From: Chlamydiae bacterium RIFCSPHIGHO2_12_FULL_49_11
GTDB taxonomy: Bacteria > Chlamydiota > Chlamydiia > Chlamydiales > 2-12-FULL-49-11
DNA length: 11,546 nt
NCBI GenBank assembly: GCA_001794905.1
Contig: MGLW01000070.1
Coordinates: 1 to 11,546 of the forward strand
Reading direction: 5' to 3'
Under the pieces are notes generated by a model. It had not been told where the DNA came from. It did no database searches and saw nothing but the letters and a program-made list of their open reading frames with translations. Of this stretch, positions 7,893-11,546 are shown one piece after another. The translations under genes were made by a program, and so were the position numbers. Position 1 is the first letter of the stretch. Each line of letters opens with the position of its first letter.

Positions 7893-9763
7893 AAGCGGCT
7901 ACGGCGACCGAAGGACGTATCCTGGTCCTGGCCGGCGCCGGATCGGGAAAGACCTCCGTCCTTGTCGAAAGATGCATTCACCTTGTCGAAACTTGCAACA
8001 TCTCTCCCGATGCAATCCTCGCTTTAACGTTCACCAATAAAGCAGCCGGAGAAATGCGAAGCCGTGTGGCGCGTAAATTGGGAAAAGAAAAAGCGGAAAA
8101 AATCACCCTTTCCACCTTCCATAGCTTTTGCTACTCCCTCTTGAAAAATGAAATCCATCACCTCGGCTATGCTGCCTCGTTTTCGATCTACCAGGAACGC
8201 GAACTCAAACGACTTCTCGAACAAATCGCCCCTTACGCCCTTGAAAAAACCGAGGGGCTTTCGAAAGACGCTCTCTACGAGATGGCAAAACGTCCCAAAT
8301 CACGCGAAGACGAGAAATTAAAACGGTTTTTATCCGAAACAATGAAAGCCCACAACGCCCTCGATTTTGACGACCTTCTTGAAGTGACTTTACAGCTGTT
8401 CGAAAATTTTCCCCATGTTCTTTCGGTATACCAGCAGAGATACCGGTACATCATGATCGACGAATATCAAGATACAAACCGGATTCAATACGAACTCGCA
8501 GAAAAACTTGCACATCGGCACGGCAACTTGTTTGTGGTGGGAGATGATGACCAGTCGATTTACGCTTTTCGCGGCTCCGACATCCGTCTCATCCTGGAAT
8601 TTCCCCACACCTCTCTCATCAAGCTCGAACAAAATTACCGGAGTACTCCGGGTATTCTGGCCATTGCCAACCATGTCATCGAAAAAAATCCAAACCGTCA
8701 TGGAAAAACGCTCCGGACTGCACAAATCGATCCGAATCTGCCCCACCTGTTTGTGGCTCCCACCGAGGAAGACGAAGCCAAAGCAGTCGTACTGCGCATC
8801 TTGAAACTGAAAGAAGAAAAATGCCTCGATTGGAGCGACTTTGCCATATTGTACCGCTCCAACACCCTCGCCCGCATTTTTGAAGTTGAACTCCTGAATG
8901 CCCACCGCAAGGAGGGAGACCGGTTTGTGCGCGGAATCCCCTACGAAGTCGTCCAAGGGACCGAATTTTACGAACGGGCTGAAGTCAAAGACCTGCTTGC
9001 CTACCTCCGTATGTTCCATAACCCTTGCGATGAAACGGCCATCTTGAGAATCATCAACTACCCGCGCCGCGGAATTTCTCCCGATGCCCTCAAAAAAATC
9101 ACCGAGCGGCAAAGGTCCCATCATGAACGTCTTCTCCATACCCTCCGCCACCTCCCCGATTCCCTCTCTTCGGCGGCCAAAGCGGGTGCGGCCGGATTTA
9201 TCCGGCTGATCGAGGAAGGGCAAAACACATTCAAAACAAGACCGCTCGCCGATGCCATCCGCTGGCTTATCCACACGATTGAATTACAAGAGTGCCTGCG
9301 GCAGGAAAACAAAGATGACAAAATGTTTCAATTCAAGTGGCAAAACGTCCAAGCCTTCGTTGAACTGGCAAAGACGAGCGGCACAAACGATCTGGGAGAA
9401 TTTCTCGGGGGGTGCATGCTGGACAGGCTTCATAAACAAAATGCAGGGGGAGAGCGCGATCGCGTACAGCTTCTCACCTTCCACAGCGCCAAGGGACTCG
9501 AATTTTCCGCATGCTTTCTCACCTGTCTCGAAGATGAACTCCTGCCGCACGAAAAAAGCCGCGAGGAGGGCACTCTCGAAGAAGAGCGGCGCCTATTTTA
9601 CGTCGCCATCACCCGAGCCAAGCGGTACCTCACCCTCAGCATGGCGCAGAAACGAAAAAAATACGGCGCAATGAAAGCCACAAATCCGTCCCGCTTCCTC
9701 TTTGACATTCCCAAACATTGCCTCGAGATTGAGCCGTTCGACAGGCCCCACACTTTTCTATAA
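7865..9763 (+). CDS. SF1A 3'-5' DNA helicase, UvrD/Rep/PcrA family (632 aa)
   Basis: LAGAGSGKT, LTFTNKAAGEM, STFHSF, IDEYQDTN, VGDDDQSIYAFRG, LEQNYRST, ILYRSN, LLTFHSAKGLEF, EEERRLFYVAITRA. Overlaps rnpA by 28 bp. Rep versus UvrD orthology cannot be resolved by eye. Confidence 0.96.
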   Translation: MRRFNPQQLEAATATEGRILVLAGAGSGKTSVLVERCIHLVETCNISPDAILALTFTNKAAGEMRSRVARKLGKEKAEKITLSTFHSFCYSLLKNEIHHLGYAASFSIYQERELKRLLEQIAPYALEKTEGLSKDALYEMAKRPKSREDEKLKRFLSETMKAHNALDFDDLLEVTLQLFENFPHVLSVYQQRYRYIMIDEYQDTNRIQYELAEKLAHRHGNLFVVGDDDQSIYAFRGSDIRLILEFPHTSLIKLEQNYRSTPGILAIANHVIEKNPNRHGKTLRTAQIDPNLPHLFVAPTEEDEAKAVVLRILKLKEEKCLDWSDFAILYRSNTLARIFEVELLNAHRKEGDRFVRGIPYEVVQGTEFYERAEVKDLLAYLRMFHNPCDETAILRIINYPRRGISPDALKKITERQRSHHERLLHTLRHLPDSLSSAAKAGAAGFIRLIEEGQNTFKTRPLADAIRWLIHTIELQECLRQENKDDKMFQFKWQNVQAFVELAKTSGTNDLGEFLGGCMLDRLHKQNAGGERDRVQLLTFHSAKGLEFSACFLTCLEDELLPHEKSREEGTLEEERRLFYVAITRAKRYLTLSMAQKRKKYGAMKATNPSRFLFDIPKHCLEIEPFDRPHTFL

Positions 9764-10036
9764 GTGCGCTCGACTTGTCGCTATGTTGCCGGAGGGAAGA
9801 GGCACAGAATGACAATGAACAAGCACCTGACTCCCCACTCTCCCTACTTCTTCTTTCAGGAGATGAAATGCGGTGTCAAGTTCTGTGAGATTCTTACGCA
9901 TGGCTTGATTCTCACTCATTAAACCGGCATTTGCCTTTACAAGTTCATCAACCCTTCTTTTGAGAATATCCAATTCATTTTGTTCGGGAGAGATCTCCAG
10001 AACACGCTCTCTATAAACTTCCGTAACGGGTTTCAT
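9758..10036 (-). CDS. Hypothetical coiled-coil protein (92 aa)
   Basis: SD-like AAGGA upstream of the ATG; heptad pattern LDILKRRVDELVKANAGLMSENQAMRKNLTELDTAFHLLKEEV; exactly fills the gap between its neighbours. Confidence 0.7.
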   Translation of the reverse strand: MKPVTEVYRERVLEISPEQNELDILKRRVDELVKANAGLMSENQAMRKNLTELDTAFHLLKEEVGRVGSQVLVHCHSVPLPSGNIATSRAHL

Positions 10037-10694
10037 AACTTTTCCTTGTTTTTATTTGAAATGCACCGATTTTATCTTTTTGGAGAATCAGTTTGCGCAA
10101 TTGCTTTGCTTCTTTAGTATCGGCTTTTCCCGCCGAAACGAGCTCGGAATATTTTTCGAGAAGGAAATAAACACCGTCGTCTTTATCAAGACCGAGGGTG
10201 AGAAGTCGTTCTCTGAAATCAGTAAAGCCCCTCTCCACTGCAGTTTCGTACAGTCCCTTGATCCTCCTCACGGCCAAAGCCTCCGCTTTATTCAGTGCAG
10301 TATTGATGCAGGCATAATCGGTCCATATGCCGATGATCGATTTTTTCAAATGGTCGGGATGCATGGCCGTCGCAGGAAATCGGGTAATCAGTCCCCCTTC
10401 CGGTCCGATGAGGAGCAAGGAAGGTATGGTTTCCACGCCAAAGTGCCGCTTCAAGGCGTGCGATTCTTCGAGACGCCGTACGTTGCTGATATTATCGAGA
10501 GGAATGTCGACGATGAGAAAAAGAGGGCTCAGCTTTTCCTTGAGAAACGGAAACGGCTCCGAGGCATCTTTAAAGTGGAAAAAAAGGAGCGCCGGCATTT
10601 GATGCACCCGTGCAAACTCGAGCAAATTCTCAAAGAACCCCTGAGCCCGAAGAGAGAAAGCGAATAAAAGAAAGCAAATTATCCGTACCGTCAT
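10011..10694 (-). CDS. Putative exported thioredoxin-fold protein lacking CXXC, with a helical C-terminal domain
   Basis: Signal-peptide-like MTVRIICFLLFAFSLRA. Trx-like elements: ARVHQMPALLFF, FLIVDIP and the cis-Pro loop LKRHFGVETIPSLLLIGPEG. Convergent position downstream of rnpA resembles chlamydial CT783-like genes (recalled, not verified). Confidence 0.7.
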   Translation of the reverse strand: MTVRIICFLLFAFSLRAQGFFENLLEFARVHQMPALLFFHFKDASEPFPFLKEKLSPLFLIVDIPLDNISNVRRLEESHALKRHFGVETIPSLLLIGPEGGLITRFPATAMHPDHLKKSIIGIWTDYACINTALNKAEALAVRRIKGLYETAVERGFTDFRERLLTLGLDKDDGVYFLLEKYSELVSAGKADTKEAKQLRKLILQKDKIGAFQIKTRKSYETRYGSL

Positions 10695-10733
10695 GTAATC
10701 TTATTCTAAAAATTCGAGCTTTATTTTAGCAAG
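10695..10733. promoter_or_regulatory. 39-bp bidirectional promoter region
   Basis: Minus strand: TTGCTA (10732-10727)-N18-TAGAAT (10708-10703), 8 nt before ATG 10694. Plus strand: weaker TATTTT (10722-10727), 6 nt before ATG 10734. Confidence 0.5.
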
Positions 10734-11228
10734 ATGCAAAAAACCATTGTGCTTCGCCACAGGCGCGAAAATAGAAAAAAATGTTCCCTGCAATGCTTGG
10801 CAGAGCACCCCGATTTTATCTTCATAAATTATCCGGACGGCATCGTTCCCTCTCTGGAAGGCTTCGTGATGCTCTCCCTTGAAGGCCCCCTACTCACAGA
10901 AAGGGATCGTGATGCCGGACTATTTATCATTGACGGCACGTGGCGCCATGCCAAAACCATGGAAAAGTTTGTAGGAGCAGAGTGCCCCAGAAGATCTCTG
11001 CCCGCGCATTTTGTAACTGCCTATCCACGGCGGCAGAACGATTGTGCCGACCCTGCGCGAGGCCTTGCGTCCATCGAAGCGCTCTTCATCGCCTTTACCA
11101 TTCTGGGGCGCAGCACAACCGGCCTCTTCGATCGGTATCGTTGGGGAGCCTTATTCCTTGAATTAAACAAATTTACCGAAAAGGGTGATGAACACTTCGA
11201 GCACGACAAAAACGCACAGAAGCGCTAA
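10734..11228 (+). CDS. Tsr3/DTW (TDD superfamily) putative SAM-dependent RNA aminocarboxypropyltransferase
   Basis: ENRKKCSL, LLTERDRDAGLFIIDGTW, RRSLP, TAYPRR, GLASIEALFIA...ILG, YRWGALFLELN. Collinear with the Tsr3 motifs (KKCS, DCSW, RxLP, LSxxEA, FxWGxxFLxLN), but with a DTW-type DGTW. Confidence 0.8.
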   Translation: MQKTIVLRHRRENRKKCSLQCLAEHPDFIFINYPDGIVPSLEGFVMLSLEGPLLTERDRDAGLFIIDGTWRHAKTMEKFVGAECPRRSLPAHFVTAYPRRQNDCADPARGLASIEALFIAFTILGRSTTGLFDRYRWGALFLELNKFTEKGDEHFEHDKNAQKR

Positions 11229-11546
11229 CGTAATCCCTTTGCCCGGCACCTGATCGGCATGGAACGTCTTATAGTAATAGCGTCCCATCGTCACCATGAG
11301 AACAGGCATCAGCCCCAGAAGGAGCGTTCCTCCAATACCGCCCGCAAGGCCCAGGGCGGTGAGAAAAATACCCGGATTTGTAAGGGCAACGATGAGAGGA
11401 GGAAAATAGACAAAACAGGTGAGGTAGAAAGCGTTTTTCCTCGTCTTCGGTAGGGAAATGCCGTCTTGAAGAAAATCATAGAGGCCGAGCGCCACACCGA
11501 CAAGCGAAGTAGTCACGGCAAAAAAACTAAAAGAAGCGACGGCAAG
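11163..11546 (-). CDS. Aromatic amino acid (Tyr/Trp) permease, TyrP/Mtr (HAAAP) family, C-terminal part; begins beyond the right edge
   Basis: The frame is open to the window edge: LAVASFSFFAVTTSLVGVALGLYDFLQDG...FPPLIVALTNPGIFLTALGLAGGIGGTLLLGLMPVLM, the typical TyrP/Mtr C-terminal TM motifs. Confidence 0.9.
   Translation of the reverse strand, partial: LAVASFSFFAVTTSLVGVALGLYDFLQDGISLPKTRKNAFYLTCFVYFPPLIVALTNPGIFLTALGLAGGIGGTLLLGLMPVLMVTMGRYYYKTFHADQVPGKGITLALLCVFVVLEVFITLFGKFV

Noticed and set aside
8390..9274. 294-aa minus-strand ORF inside the helicase, and similar ORFs at 3194-3766, 1180-1701 and 10056-10667
   Set aside because: Antisense shadows of better-supported genes, with no motifs.
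9267..9275. Perfect DnaA box TTATCCACA; possibility of oriC near rpmH
   Set aside because: It is a single box inside a CDS (a one-mismatch copy lies in mutS near 2895). There is no box cluster or dnaA gene upstream of rpmH.
1655..9763. High visual frequency of TCGA/ATCGA words
   Set aside because: Explained by codon pairs such as ATC-GAA, CTC-GAA and TTC-GAT. No periodic spacing seen, so not treated as a repeat or uptake signal without a Markov-model test.
10011..10060. Frameshift fusing the Trx-like gene to the 92-aa ORF
   Set aside because: The downstream frame has an in-frame TAA a few codons before its ATG and its own SD-like AAGGA. The coiled coil does not look like a continuation, so two genes is the simpler reading.
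1..11546. CRISPR array, tRNA/ncRNA, IS element or defence system (for example helicase plus nuclease)
   Set aside because: No spaced direct repeats, cloverleaf, transposase or terminal repeats seen, and the largest intergenic gap is only 167 bp. The helicase has no adjacent OLD/TOPRIM nuclease partner and sits in housekeeping context.

Overview
This is an almost fully coding, very compact housekeeping window (GC roughly 50% by eye). Gene order and the zinc-free 45-aa L36 sequence point to a member of the phylum Chlamydiota, probably an environmental chlamydia (inference). Order: dnaG (minus, runs off the left edge) <> hypothetical-mutS-uvrC >< asp23/gls24-family <- 2TM+GYF_2 protein <- rpsN <- rpmJ <> rpmH-rnpA-UvrD/Rep helicase >< small coiled-coil orphan <- CXXC-less thioredoxin-fold protein <> Tsr3/DTW-like transferase >< TyrP/Mtr permease (runs off the right edge). 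dnaG, rpmJ and rpmH are missing from the supplied ORF track and were read by hand. I found no RNA genes, mobile elements, CRISPR arrays or defence systems, and I cannot support a large novel system. The best leads are: (i) -10 hexamers 6-9 nt upstream of five start codons, suggesting leaderless or near-leaderless mRNAs, including two tiny bidirectional spacers; (ii) a bacterial Tsr3-like putative aminocarboxypropyltransferase; (iii) a C-terminally short MutS coupled to an uncharacterised protein; (iv) a cysteine-less Trx-fold protein followed by a coiled-coil/HxH orphan; (v) all convergent gene pairs overlap.
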